Shown here piece by piece: positions 14,668-29,510 of a stretch of DNA of 64,000 nt. How positions within the stretch are numbered: the first letter of the stretch is position 1; each line of letters starts with the position of its first letter. The DNA comes from Chrysomallon squamiferum (taxonomy: Eukaryota > Animalia > Mollusca). The notes under the pieces were generated by a model. It saw only the letters and a program-made list of their open reading frames with translations. It made no database searches and was not told the origin of the DNA. Location of the stretch: the NCBI GenBank assembly GCA_012295275.1, contig CM022676.1:7192001-7256000 (forward strand), written 5' to 3'. The position numbers and the translations under genes were made by a program.

Positions 14668-15015
14668 ATTTCGCAGGCAGCCAGAAAACCTCGACAATCC
14701 GCAAGACGGCCAGCCTGGGGGGTCAGCAGACTCTGGACTGTACCCTGAAGTTCCCCCACAATGAGCCCGTCCCCTACATCATCCAGTGGAAGAAGGACGG
14801 GCTGACCCAGCCCATCTTCATCAAGTACGACGGCTACCCGGCGCAGATACCCCCTCAGCGCTACCGCAACCGCATCAAGCTGAGCGGGGCCGTGTCACTG
14901 CAGGTGAGCAACATCCAGGCCGAGGACGAGGGCTGGTACGAGTGCAACATCATCTTCATCGACGGCACGGACGAGACGAAGGTCAACGGCTCGTGGATTT
15001 ATCTGACTGTCCATT
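14668..15015 (+). CDS. tutl: Internal coding exon: first (V-type) Ig domain of a Turtle/IgSF9 (Dasm1) family cell-adhesion protein
   Basis: A T-rich tract and ctcAG acceptor end at 14667, and a GTGAGT donor starts at 15016. The exon is 348 nt, phase 1-1. The frame from 14670 is open: FAGSQKTSTIRKTASLGGQQTLDCTLKFPHNEPVPYIIQWKKDGLTQPIFIKYDGYPAQIPPQRYRNRIKLSGAVSLQVSNIQAEDEGWYECNIIFIDGTDETKVNGSWIYLTVH. It has the Ig hallmarks (C..W..DxGWYEC). It also has the PVPY.I.W, PIFI and NGSW..LTV motifs I recognise from Turtle/IGSF9 Ig1. 101 of 115 codons end in G/C. Confidence 0.9.
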
Positions 15016-15465
15016 GTGAGTGATTTTTTTAAATGTTTTGAAATTTTTGAAATTTTTAATTTGAATTTTTTTTTTTTTTTTTTGTCTGTTGGTGGTGGTG
15101 TTGTTGATGTTGCTGTTGTTGTTGACAGCACAAAAGAAATGACAGTTAATGCGTTGTAGATTTTTTTTTTTTAACTCTTGAGTGTAAATAACTTTTGAAA
15201 TTTAAAATTGTGTTGTTTTTTTGTTGTTGTTGTGGAGTTGTTATCTTCAGTAAGAGTCATGAATTTATTTAGCTGCTCAAAGTAATTATAGACTGAAATA
15301 TATATACAAATTTATTTTATTATTAATATATATGTATTTTTATATTCTTATTCTTATTCTTATTGTGTTTGTTGTTGTTGTTTGTTATTGTGGTCATTAT
15401 GTTTGTTTCGTTGGAAGAATTCAACTCTAATAATTAAGAAAAATGCCTTCAGTAATTAACTTCTT

Positions 15466-15671
15466 AAATATTTTCCAGAGTAGTACATAAACAAACATAT
15501 ACATGCATACTAACAAACAAATGAAACATATAAATAATACTGAAAAAAATATCTCTCTGAATTTCTCAAATATTTTCTAGAGTAGTAAATAAACAAACAT
15601 ATACATGCATACTAACAAACAAACAAACGAAACATATAAATAATACTGGGAAAAAAAAAAATCTCTCTGAA
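15466..15671. repeat. Tandem duplication, ~102 bp
   Basis: aaatatttt.cagagtagta.ataaacaaacatatacatgcatactaacaaacaaa..atctctctgaa occurs twice. Confidence 0.85.
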
Positions 15672-16516
15672 GACAACATAAATGTCATGATTTAAAATAA
15701 TTACCTGACACCTGTCTGTGACATAATCATGTTTACTCACACACACAGGCACAAACACTAGTTAAAAAAAAAACAGTAAACAAAATCTCATTATATGTTA
15801 ATATTTTAAACTAATAACCTTAATTATCTCCTTCCTTTCTTCCCTTTTTATTTTATTTTATTTTTTATTTTATTTTTTATTTTTTTTTTTTTAAATTTTT
15901 TTACATATGATGTGCAAAATTCGCAATGGAAGCCTTTAATTCGTTAAGAAAATCTCATAACCTATTCCATTTCAAGTTTTACAACTTCAACAAGCGTTTG
16001 TTTCATCACTTGACTCGAACCGTTTCTTTTGTTTTTTTCCCACCGTGTTTCATTGCCCAGCCAGGAATTGTGGGAATGATAATAATTAATCAACACGGCT
16101 GTAATCACCATAGGCGCTGGATTTCGAGAACAATCTCGAGCAAATTAATTGACGATTTTTTTTTTTTCTCTCTCTCCAAAGAAGCTGGCGTGTGTTATCT
16201 CCAGTATTCACCACAGTCCCCCCGTGCGATACACTGCGTATTGCCCCGTCAATCCACTCTGCCTTGTTTCTGCCCACTGAAGAGAGCTCTCGAGGGGACA
16301 TAACTGCAGATGTTCCTCGGGTAATTACATGTTTCGATAACACTTTTAAGTTGATTGAGTCTGTCGTCAGGTAGGCTGCAGCAACACATCATCGCCGCGG
16401 CATACATCGTCGCTGTGATGTAATGATGTATAATTAATCGAGGAAGCCAGGGAGAAAACAATGGTGCAGTGTCTGTGTGCATGGTCATTTTGATAGGGGT
16501 TTTTTTTTTTTTTTTT

Positions 16517-16935
16517 TTTGGCTTAGTGGGAATTCATTTTGTTTTTAGTGGGGGAAAGTGATATATTTGGATTATGGAAAGTTTGTTCATGTTAATGGAA
16601 ATATATTTAGTTGGGTGGAAAAAATAAGAAAAATCGTCCATTTTGGTTTAGTGGAAATGGATCATTCAGTTCGAGGAACTATTAACTTAGTGTAAACCCA
16701 TTTTATTTAGCTGAATTAGAAATACACTGATTGGAACAGTTCATAGAAAAACTAGAAAATCTTCCATTTTGGCCTAGTGGAAATACATTAATTTGGCTTA
16801 TGGAAACTCATTTATGGAAATTTGTTCATTTGGCTGACGGAAAATCATTTATATTGCATAGAACCTTTTCTCTTAGCTTAATGGAAACCTATTTATTTAA
16901 GAGGAATCTGTTTATTAAGCTTTGTGGAAATATTT
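16517..16935. repeat. Highly degenerate ~25-30 bp tandem repeat
   Basis: TTTGGCTTAGTGGAAA-like motif recurs many times. Confidence 0.6.
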
Positions 16936-17149
16936 ACATTAATACTTTGAAATGTACAAATTTTATTGTGTGATACAGTTTTGAGTAATAGATATGTTAA
17001 TCTGTGGAATTTTCAACTTTCATGGCTTCAAGTTGAATAATTGACATCATTTTATTCAGTTTGCCCAAATTTGCTTAATTTTCTTATGAAAAATGTATGA
17101 AAAATTAAGAAACAGATACATGCAAGTACAGGCACTCACACAAATACAT

Positions 17150-17165
17150 ATATACACAGAATTGT

Positions 17166-17210
<45 letters not shown>

Positions 17211-17566
17211 CAGAATAACAAAGAGACAAAGAGTGAGGTAGGGATGGATTCAGATGGAGAGAGACAGAGTGAAAGAGAAATAAAATGATGTATATAGATG
17301 ATGGTTGACATTTCCATTACTCCCAACAGTAACTCACACACACAAACACACACACACACACAATCACACACACACACACACACACACATGTAGATACAGA
17401 AATAGAAAGACAGATGAGAGAAAACACACATAGACACACACACACACACAAACACACATGCACATACAGATGGAAGAGAAATGTACACACATACACACAC
17501 ACATACTACATACATACATACATACAGAAATACACACAAAGACAGATGACACACATAAAAAACACA

Positions 17567-17617
<51 letters not shown>

Positions 17618-18045
17618 ACATACATACATATATATATGTGTGTGTATGTATAAAACTGAGAGATATAGAGACAAATCTGAGAGTGAAAAAATAAACACAC
17701 ACACATACATACACACATACATACATACATACATACATACGTACATACATATATACATACATACATACACATATACATATATATATACTAACATGAAGAC
17801 ACAAATATACATACATACATACATATACATACATACAAACATACATACATACATACATACATACATAGATACATACACAGATACATACACAGATACATAC
17901 ATACATAGATACATAGATACATACAAATATGAGGGAGAGAAAGAGAAATAAGAAAGTGAAAACACACACACACACACACACAGATAGACACACAGACAGA
18001 TAGACAGGCAGACAGACAGACAGACAATCAGACAGTCAGACAGAG
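17150..18045. repeat. Compound (CA)n/(CATA)n/(CAGA)n microsatellite
   Basis: Directly visible. It is the source of many spurious ORFs. Confidence 0.95.
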
Positions 18046-19588
18046 CAGAGAAAGGACAGCAGCAGTTTATTATTCCATTTTTCAATTATTATTAAATTAA
18101 CAGCAGATCAGCTGATTAGACGACATCGTCGACAAAACGCCGTCATGCATCTTCCTTCGCATCGTGGCTCAATCTGTCAGGTCTCGAAATCGCCGGATTG
18201 CCTCGTCTTTGATTAAAAATACCTTTGAAGAAAAATAAAGAGGGAAATGGAACTCTTTTGTACGGGAGTCTTTGAAAGCGGCCATTTACGTGTGTGGATG
18301 CGATATTGGCTTGATGGAGTCGTTCGCTGAGAATCCTTTTCGATATTCATCCGGGCTTTTGATCTTACTTTTCAAAGTCGAATTTTCCAGAATACTTGAA
18401 CTACAGATTCGAAGCAGGTTCATTGGGGAAAGTTATATGTTTATTTTTATTTTATTTTTTTCTTAATTTGAAATGAAGAAAGTTGAATATCTTTATTTTT
18501 TTATTGTATTGTTTTTTAGTGTTCTTTAATTTTTTTAATTTTGAGTTTTTGGGGTTTTTTTTAGGTTTTTTTTTATTTTTATTTTATTTTAATTTTTTTC
18601 ATTTTTTTTTTATATTTTATTTTCATTAATTCTTTTCTTTCTTTTATTTTAGCTGGCTATTAATTTCTTATTCATCTTTTTTTTTATCTTTCTGTCTCTC
18701 ATTCTTTCTTTCGTTCATGTTATTTATTTTACTAAAAGGTTATTACTGAACATTAATGCCACTACAAATAATTTGGGGAATCTGTTATTTGGAACTGTTA
18801 ATATTAAACCATTTTTTAATCTATTTATTATTTATATTTTTTTTTTTTGGAATTAACCACACATCATTATTCTATAATATCACACATTTATAACCAGTTA
18901 AAATTGCCTGCAAATAAACATAACCAGTATTAAGAGTGTTTAAACAGAACAGATTTTTTTTTTTTAAAGTAAAATAAAATGGAAGTAAAAAAAGAAAAAA
19001 AAGATAAATACATTTTAATAAAGAAAAATATAATGAAAGCATAAAATAAAATAAAAAACACTTAAAAAAAAAAAGAAAGAAACAGTTTTTAGTAAAGAAA
19101 AATATAATGAAAGGAAAAATAAGATTGAAAGAGAAAAATGATTTTCATTAAAGAAAAATATAATGAAAGCATAAAAAAAAAATAAAAATAAACATTTTTT
19201 AATAATGAAAAATATAATGAAAGCAAAAATAAGTTTCAAAGAGATATAATTTTTCATTAAAGAAAAATATTATGAACGTAAAAAAAAAAAAAAAAGAGGA
19301 AGAAATAATTAATAAATAAACAAACAAATTTTTAAAAGAAAAAAATACAATGAAAGAAAAAATAATAATAATTTGCCTTCAGACAACTCATAATTTTTGG
19401 ATGTTTGAACGAAGAGGATTAATGGTGTTTATAAAACAAACAGAAATTGCTTTCAGAAAGTCATAACAAATGTCATTACTTTGTATGAGCAGTTTTAAGA
19501 GTTTTATTTTGTCAAAGACACAACAAACAGAAGGAAAGAAGGAAAGAAAAAAGAAATTACACCACAAAAGAGATTGAAAAGAAGAAAT

Positions 19589-19900
19589 AACAGATTTTGA
19601 AAAGTCTGTAATTCTTGATTATTTCAACAAAAATAACAGGCTTTAAAAACAGTCATAATGTTTGGCTATTTGAACAGAAATTACAGACTTTAAAACAGTC
19701 ATAATTCTTGATTATTTCAACAGAAATTACAGACTTTAAAACAGTCGTAATTCTTGGTTATTTGAACAAAAATTACAGGCTTTAAAGTCGTCATAAATGT
19801 TGGTTATTTGAACAAAAAGAACAGACTTTAATACAGTCATAATTTTTCCTTATTTGAACAAAAGTAACGAACTTTAAAACACTTTTTTCGTTATTTTAAC
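19589..19900. repeat. 46-bp tandem repeat, about 6.5 copies
   Basis: Unit ACAGACTTTAAAACAGTCATAATTCTTGATTATTTCAACAGAAATT. Confidence 0.9.
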
Positions 19901-19993
19901 AAAAGCCAGTACTAATAACAATAATTTCAACCTTTTATCAAAAGGAAACAAAACCTCATTCCAAAAAAAAAAGTCATCTTTACCTTATTTATT

Positions 19994-20029
<36 letters not shown>

Positions 20030-20956
20030 CTTCTTACTTATTTAAAACAAATTTATCGCCAGAATGAACTTCATGACTGTCATTTTGTTGACATTTTATT
20101 CTCGTATTTTGATTGGAAATTTTACACAAAAGTGGTCATTCTCTTAGCCTGCACATTAAGAAAAGTTACAAGATTTGAAAGTATCATGCCTGTGTCGGTC
20201 TGCGTCTATTATTTTCTTAATTACCTTGTTAAGACTTGCTTATTGGAAAGCAGTATTCTTCTTCAGCCAATCTCTTTGTAGATTAAATGGAACGCCATGC
20301 TCCAAGAGACATTAATTCCATTTGCATGCTTTGTTGCGATTGTTAATTAAGTGCGCTTATTATGGGAAAAACTGTTTGTTCATGTCGTTTTCATGTTGCC
20401 ATCAAAATGACTTTTTGCAGTGCATTCTGGGATTGATTTTTCTTCCTCGTCGCTGTTTGATTTCTGTGCGTAATAACATATTGGCGATGATGGCAGCAGT
20501 TGCAAAGAAAAGGGACCTCTGAATGGCATAGGGTTTCACTTCCAAACAGCCACCATTTTTAATTTTGAATAATGGCGACCTCAAAATGGATCTTTGTTGG
20601 TCTCTGTAGGTTTTAATTTTGAGTAATAGCATCCTAAAAATGGATATCATTGGTCTCTGTAGGTTTTAAAACAAAATTAAGATTCTCTTTTTTTTTGACT
20701 AATTTTTTTCAGTAATTTTTGTTCTAACACTTTGAAGATGGGATTTGAAACATGTTTGACAATTTCGTGAAATAAACTCTCTGTTTGTGTTAGGGCATTG
20801 ACTTAACTGAAGGAAGCTTTCAAAACTCGATAAAATTCGCAGGAAAAAACTTCAGAAAAAAAAAAAACTTAGCAGTGAAAAAGGTCAATAAATTCAGCAT
20901 CCAATAAAATGCCCAAACTGTCGCTTAGCTGTTTTAAGAACATCTCGAGAACCACA

Positions 20957-20989
<33 letters not shown>

Positions 20990-21429
20990 CTTTTCTTCTA
21001 TTTTAAATTTTATTTAATTCTTCTCCATTTTTTTTTTTTTTTTTTTTTACCTTCTTTCAGTAAAGAGTTCCACATTCCCAGCATTCCTGGTTTTTTTCCA
21101 ACTCTTTATTAAATTAATCCCGTTCCGCCGATATTCCAAATTTAGATTTACTCTGTATAATTAAATGTCTGATTTATTAACGTTAATTCAACACAGACGC
21201 GTTGATTGGATTGGACGATTCATCACGGCTTGGTTTAACTCGCCCGGCTTGATAAAACACTCGTCAAACACAGCGAGCAGGATCAACTTGTTTGTCTGTG
21301 ACACACGTTGAGGCCTGTTTCCAGTCGTTGATGCCTATTTGAACGCGTTGATGCCTATTTGAACGCATTGCTACAACAACTGATTCGATTAGAATGATGC
21401 AAACAAAACACAAGTGTGTGACATGGTGA

Positions 21430-21462
<33 letters not shown>

Positions 21463-21533
21463 CCTAATCAAAAATTAATAATTTATTCAAGGCAAAATGC
21501 AGAGAGGAAAGAAAAGATTTTTTAGAATGAAAG

Positions 21534-21565
<32 letters not shown>

Positions 21566-21789
21566 TGAATTTTGTTAATGCTCATGGTTATCAATTTAAA
21601 AGTTTTGTTTGATTATGTAGAAAGAGTTTGTTAATCATTTTAAGACTGTGTTTAATAATGTTTACATGCATGCAAGTATTTTTTAAATTATAATTTGTAT
21701 TTGTAAATTGATCAAATGTCTGTTTAAAATAGAAAAAAAAATGACAGAACTGATCAAGTACATATATTTTAGAAAAGGTTGTTAACACC

Positions 21790-21876
<87 letters not shown>

Positions 21877-21935
21877 CTTGTTTTCTAATTAAAAATTTGT
21901 TTGTAGAGAATTAATAAATTGTTATTCATACTGAG

Positions 21936-21967
<32 letters not shown>

Positions 21968-22974
21968 AGAAACATACACACATATACAGAGAGAAACATA
22001 CACACATAACCCAAAGAAACACGTCTATATTAACATTTTCTCTCAGTTTCAAAACAGACAAAGAAAGAGGTTTCTATGAATTATACATACAACATCTATA
22101 TTCACCATTTCTCTCATCGAATCAACAATCAGATGGAATTTTTATGAATTATATATACCTACAGACACAATTAATTGTGCGGGCGATTGAATTAACAGCA
22201 GCTACTACTACGTCTGAGTATAGGTAATTGAATTGACGATGCTCACGTTGACGTGTGTAAATAAAATATTCTAACAGAACGTTCCGGATTATCGTCATTT
22301 TAAGATATTGGCATCCTTCCCTTTGCATTGTGGGATAAAACCGTTTATTTACATCAGCTAATGACAAATATTAAATATGTCACAGGGCGAGATATTTTCG
22401 ATATTTTTTTTTGTTTCTCGAGATGTTTGGTTTTCACATAATTCTAAAACTGAAATTTCTGATGCGTGCTTGCTTCAGTAAGGTTTATTTAATAAAGGGC
22501 TGATATTAAGTGATTGTTTAATATGTGGGTTTTATTGGAATGTTATTTAATATCAGATGATGTTAGGGTCTTATTAACTGTTGAAAGTGCAACTGTATTT
22601 AATACTGTGTGATATTGTTACTGTGTTGTTTAATACTGACTGGTATTATATTGTCTAATATTGGGTGATAAAATCCAGTTTTAAATTTAATTTTCAGCGA
22701 TATTAGAATTTTATGTGATCCTGAGTGACATTTTAATGTTTAATGTCAGATGATATTAATTTCAGTTTTTAAATGCTACTGTAATTTTAATATCCATTTT
22801 ATTACAAATTTATGTATAATTTGGGTGATATAACTTTATTTATTATTTGTCATTTTAAAACATTAAGTTTTATCACTGATATTATGTTATCAAACATTTC
22901 CTTTATGATAATATGATTAAATATTTGTGACATATCATAGTTTAACCTTGTACCATAATGGATGTATGTGTATG

Positions 22975-23046
<72 letters not shown>

Positions 23047-23264
23047 AAAACACACACACACATATTATTTTTTAACCATTCATTATTGAGTAATCTAATA
23101 TTTTTAATTACTGGCAGACAAAACAATTTTATTAAATTTGTTAAACTGACACTTTTAGTATTAGAAATTATATAACATTTTTGAATACTGGGTAAAACAT
23201 AAAAACTGCTGATAAGACAACCCTTTCAAAAACTCAGTAAATATTACATATTCATTTTTTTTTG

Positions 23265-23296
<32 letters not shown>

Positions 23297-23898
23297 TTTG
23301 TGCAGCCATAGTGTCTGTTACTGGACAAAAGCCTCAGGATACTGTTACAACATAATAAATACTGCACAACAATAAAAACCATATAACATTACAATGTCAT
23401 TTCATACTGAACAATATTATAATGTTATTTAATACCGAGTCACGTTAAAACTAGTACTCAGTGCATCACGACATTGTAACATTATTTAACGTGTGTTATA
23501 TTCAGCATATCAAACGAGCGACGGTGACTTATTACGTTGTAACAGATATTCCATGGATGTCATCATTATTATATTTAATACGCACAGCACCTGTCTGGTT
23601 TCTCGCTGGATATTTAATTAATAAGCTGCAGGTATCGAAAGAGCAATACATCACACTTCGAGAGACAAGTGTGATAATAGGAATATTTCACTTTCGTGAA
23701 ATACGAGCGAAAAGTGGATCGTGGTGCAAATACGGAATGGTTGTAAATTGTTCTGATGAGGATCCCCCCCCCCCTCACCATCCCACCTCACCACCCCTCG
23801 TAATGTTCTTTAGTAATTCAACTCCAGGAAAAAATTGTCTAATCTCGTGTTAAATGGCATCAGGTTATGTTTTATGAGATTTTTTTAAATTTATTTTT

Positions 23899-23938
<40 letters not shown>

Positions 23939-24279
23939 ATTAATAAATGGCTGCTTTTAATTTAATTTTCACATTGTCAGTTTGAGTTTGTAATGACATT
24001 GTTGGTCTATTATTGAAATAATAACATTTTTTTTTTTTTTTTTTTTTTTTCACCTGGCATGTTTCGGTTCATTATTGTAATAATAACAAAAAGTTTTTTT
24101 CTTTGGTTTTAATTCTCTAGCTCACTTAAATTGATGCAGATAATGAAAGGATGTCTGTTTTAAACTCAGTTTGACTCACTTTATTTAATTAATTATTATC
24201 TACTTGACAGACATGTGGGGCTTTTTTTTTTTGTCATCATTTATTTTTTTCTTTAGCTTTTCAAACAGTTTCATTAACT

Positions 24280-25075
24280 AGTCACAATTTTGACTTCTGT
24301 GTATAGGAACTGCTACCCAAATCACAATTTTGACTCATGCTATGTTTAAAGTGACTGCTACAGAAATCACAATTTTGACCATTTCTGAACCTACAGTGAA
24401 TACTTTGCGTGTAGGATCAACTACAGAACAAAACATTTGTATCTTGCCTCTGTATCTATGGTAACTATTACAGAAATCACAATTTTGACTTCTCCTATAT
24501 TTATTGTGATTGCTACAGAAATCACAATGTTGACCACTTCTGTACCTTTAGGATCTACTACAGATATTATTTAACAAATTTTATGTAGGATCTACTACAG
24601 AAATGTCTTGCCTGGTATCTATTATAGAAATCACAATTTTGACTTTTCCTACAACTGCAGTGACCATAATAAACACAATTTTTGACTTGTAAGTTGTCAT
24701 TATAGCAGTTATGATTTTGACTTTTCCTTTACTCAAATGATCTTTATAGAAATAATCATGATTTTGACTTCTATTACGTATTTAGTGACTTTAATATTCA
24801 TAATTCTGACTCCTATAACCTCTAGTGACTGCTTCAGAAGATGAAATTTTTAGCTTTTTATATATCTATAGTAATTACTAGTGACTACGATAAAAATCAC
24901 TATCCCCTGTGTCTTCAGTGACAATAGTTTTGTCATTATTTTAATGTTTTGTAAATCTGTATTTAGTGGTAAAGAAGTCACAACTTTGACTTTTTACATA
25001 CTTAGTGACTACAGTAGAGATCACTATTTTGACTACTTATGAACATATAGTGACAGCTTTGGAAATCACAACAAA
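24280..25075. repeat. Degenerate ~40-45 bp tandem repeat
   Basis: GTGACTGCTACAGAAATCACAATTTTGACTT recurs more than a dozen times. Confidence 0.8.
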
Positions 25076-25079
25076 TGAA

Positions 25080-25660
25080 GTTATAACAGAATCTCTGGTT
25101 TAGTGATAAATACATCTAGTTACAGCACTGTCTCTGATATAATGAATCACATTTTGAACACTCCAGTACAGTACTTATTTCTGCTTCTACCTTAGTTAAA
25201 AAAGAGTTATTTTAGAAGTTATAATACATCTAGTTACAACAGAGTCTCTGGTTTAATGTATCACATTTTCAATAGTCCAATAAAATGTCTGGATGTCATC
25301 TACTTCTACAATAGTTCAAAGTTTTATTTTAAAAGTCATAACACCTCTAGTTTTAACAGACTTTGTGGTACGTCATGTCACATTTTCAACAATCCAGTAT
25401 ATAGCATGAGTATCATCTACTTCTACCATAGTTCAGATTATTTGTGTTTATATAAAATCTCAATACATCTAGTTATAACAGAATCTCTGATCTGTCATAT
25501 CACATTTTCAACAGTTCAGTACAATGACTGGGTATCATCTACTTCTGTCATAGTTCAAAGCTTTACTTCAGAAGTCAGAATACATCTAGTTACAGTAGAA
25601 TCTCTGGTATCACATTTTCATCTGCTCAGTACAGCAGTATCTGGCTATTATCTACATTAA
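25080..25660 (+). repeat. ~117-bp tandem array, about 5 units; main copy of a dispersed family
   Basis: ATACATCTAGTT anchors at about 25110, 25224, 25341 (variant), 25463 and 25580. The unit includes CAGAATCTCTGG, TCACATTTTCA and TCATCTACTTCT..ATAGTTCAAAG. Confidence 0.9.
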
Positions 25661-26769
25661 TAGATTGTTAAATGAGAAAAAAAAAGATTTGAATGGTTTG
25701 TCATTTGAGTTCATTGACACATGATTATAAGTCATTGCAAGTTAATTATCAGTTGTCGGAGAAAATTCAAACCTGCCAGACAAATGTAATTGTCCAATGT
25801 CACTGGATATTTAAAAGTGAAAAAGTAAAAATAAAATGGGATTTGAAGGTTAATACTGGAAATTCAGACACGTCGTAACCTCCATGTTTTATTGATTTCA
25901 AAAAAAAAAAATTAAATTAAAAAATAAAGTAAAAATCGATTTGAATTTCTCAACATTAATAAGCTTTGTATTTTTTTTTTTTTTTAATTTCAATTTTTTA
26001 AATTTAATTTTATTTAATTTTATTATTTATTTTATTTTATTTATTTATTTATTTTTCTTTCTATGGTTTAACATCATGATTTTTTTTTTTTTGTTGCTTT
26101 TTTTGTTTTGTTTTTTAACCCTCATTTAACTTCATCTGTTTTGATTTTTTTGTCTTCACTTTTTTTTTTTTCTATAACTTTTTTTTTTTTTTTTTTTTTT
26201 CATAATATAAAATCTTGTTTGGGCTTTCTCCCAACTTAGCTTCCTGTGACAGTTTCAATTTAGAGTTATCTTTTCTTTGAGTTTTTGTGTCAGTCAATGT
26301 TGAAATGATTGCTGGAGTAAAAGGCCACATTTAAAATTGAATTACATGAGCAGAGCTTCGGTTTGTTTTCTAAGAACATCGATTGGTTTAATCAAATCTT
26401 TCTGACAATAAAATAAACACCAAATGAATTTCTTTTTCTTTTTTTTTTTTTTTCTCTCTTTTTGGGGAGTTAAAGAGATAAAATAGAAAGTTCAACAATT
26501 TATTGCATTTTTTTTTTTCTGTAAAGTTTAATTTTATTTGCAAGTTTGATGTTTTTATTTTTATTTAAATTGTATTTGGATGTTTTAAAACATGAATTTA
26601 AACATTTTAGTTTATCTTCTTTTTTTTTCTTTTTTTTGAAAGGTCAAATAAGAGAAAAAACAGAGAGAGAGAGAGAGAATTTAAGTTACATATCTTAAAT
26701 ATAAAAAAAATTTTTTTTGTAAAATAGTAGAAAGAAGAAGAACTAAATTAATAAACTAAAATAATAATG

Positions 26770-26803
<34 letters not shown>

Positions 26804-27472
26804 GTAATAGTAATAGTAGTAGTAATAGTAATAGTAATAGTAATAGTAATAGTAATAGTAGTAGTAGTAGTAATAGTAGTCATTATAACATTAAAAATAA
26901 TAATTATTATGATTGATTTACTGATTGTTGTTGTTGTAGTTGTTGTTACAGCAGCAGTAATCATTCTAACAAAAACAGTAATAAAAGTAATACACAGTGA
27001 ACGATGTAGTAGGAGTTGTAGCAGTAGTTGTAGTTGAGTAGTAGTGGTAAACACTGTTCCTCTGTCCCCTAAAGCCAAATATTGCCAAATATTACCCAGA
27101 ATATTACCCAGAATATTACCCAGAATATTACCTAAATACAAAAGCTCACTTTATTTTAAAATCAATTTTAGTTCAGTAACATCAAAATCGAGGAAAAGTT
27201 TTCTTTCCATTAACCGTCTTGTTACAGCCTTTTTCATTGGTTAATTTAACGATTCCGATGTCTTCTTTGTCAGCGTCATTTCGTTTTTCTTCTTCTTCTT
27301 TTTCATTTTTTTTTTTCTTTTCTTTTTTTTTTTAAATTATTTTTTCTTGCTCTAGGAAATTAGATCACAGTTTTAAAATAATGTCTTGGAGTGAATCGAA
27401 TATCAAAATGTTTTGACCACATTTAGACACTGCGACATTTCTTTCTTCATTCAAACGTTTTTCTTTCTTTTC

Positions 27473-27503
<31 letters not shown>

Positions 27504-27602
27504 TCTTTTTAACCCTTTGAGTGATTTGAAATCGATGTTTTCATCGGCAGTGACAAATATAATTATTCATTTTCAATTTCCTTTCTTTTTTTTAGTTTTT
27601 AC

Positions 27603-27634
<32 letters not shown>

Positions 27635-27815
27635 GATTGACTTTATTTTCAAATAAAATTTGAGGCTGATGGCTCAGTCAAGTGACATTGGGTCAAATAT
27701 TTGTCTTCAGTGGAAAAGGTTCTAGAACAGATACGTTATTTACCGTTCCAATGAGTGCTCTTTAATAGACTATCAAAATGATGTAACAGTGGGACTATAA
27801 ATGATTACCTGCTGC

Positions 27816-28042
<227 letters not shown>

Positions 28043-28849
28043 ATAATTACTATTAAAATATCCTGAATTATATCAGTTATATTTTTAAAACAAATTATAT
28101 TCATGTTCTTTGAAAACTGAAAATAGTGGGTGGTTTTGTATCTTTTATCTTTATTCTTTTTTTTTTTTTTTTTTTTTTATTTTCTTTTCAATTAAACGTT
28201 CAAGATCATTGATATGAAATCAGTTTTATTAAACACTAAAAGTATTTCTGCCAAAAGAAATTCAAGCCCGTATTTTGTTTTCAATAAGAAATTTTCTAAT
28301 AACAATTGAAAAAAAAAAAAAAAAAAAAAAAAACAACATTATAATTAAACAAACCCAAGTTACAGATTATTTGGTGTCTGTTTTGAAGCTGAAATTAAAT
28401 TGAAGCTGATTGGTTGGTTTTGAAGATGAAGTTAGAATGAATCTGATTGGTTGGTTTTGAAGATGATGTTAGAATGAATCTGATTGGTTGTTATGAAGTT
28501 GACAGCCCGTCACATTTCTGAACATTATTAAATTAGTTTTCTGTCTGAAATTAGTTCCAAGTCTTTATTAATTATTTTATTAATTTCGTAAACTCAATAG
28601 CACGATATGATGTCCATTTTTTTTTTTTTTTTTTCTTTATCTTCTTCTTGTTCTTCTGTTTCTTCTTCTTCATCTTGTTTTTTTCTTTTTTCTTTCTGCG
28701 GTTGAATTAAAAGCTAAGTCACAGAGGTTGAAAACTCTATTGATGACAAGATGTGTTCATTCCTAAAAATTAATATTAAATTTTTAATTTTTTTTTTTTT
28801 TTTTTTTTTTTTTTTGAGATTCTTCGGCCAGTAAATTAATAAAGAGAAA

Positions 28850-28885
<36 letters not shown>

Positions 28886-28939
28886 GAATTAAAATTGATA
28901 TAGATTGATAGAGAGAACAGCTTGCTATGTTCTACCATT

Positions 28940-29510
28940 AATTAGTAAAATATTGTAAAAGATTTCTTACCATTTGTTGTTATACTACCATCCACCCTAC
29001 TACTTTATTATTATGACTATTACTATTTACCACCACTACTACCATCTATTATGTTACCACCACTACTACATCTACTGCTAATCCTACTACTACTACCACC
29101 ACTTTATTAGTGTAACTATTAATATTACTACTGCTCTTACTATTACTACTGTAAATTAGTAAAATATTATAAAAGATTTCTTACCATTTATTATATTATC
29201 GCTACTACCACTACTACCACTGCTACTACAGCTACTACTACTAGTAGTATATCCACTACCAATCCTACTATTACTACTACCACCACTTTATTATTATAAC
29301 TATTACTATTACTACTGTTAATTAGTAAAATGTGGTGCAAGATTTTAAAAAATATTATTGCTTTTTTTAAAATTACAACAGTTACTACTACTACTGCTAT
29401 TACTACTACTACTACTACAACTAACTACTACTGCTATTACAGCTACTACTACTAGTAGTAGTATTACTACTGTTACTACTATTACTACTACTACTGCTGC
29501 TGCTGTAAAA
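28940..29510. repeat. Duplicated ~200-bp unit containing (ACT)n microsatellite
   Basis: attagtaaaatatt.taaaagatttcttaccattt occurs at about 28941 and 29155, with a diverged third copy near 29321. Confidence 0.75.
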
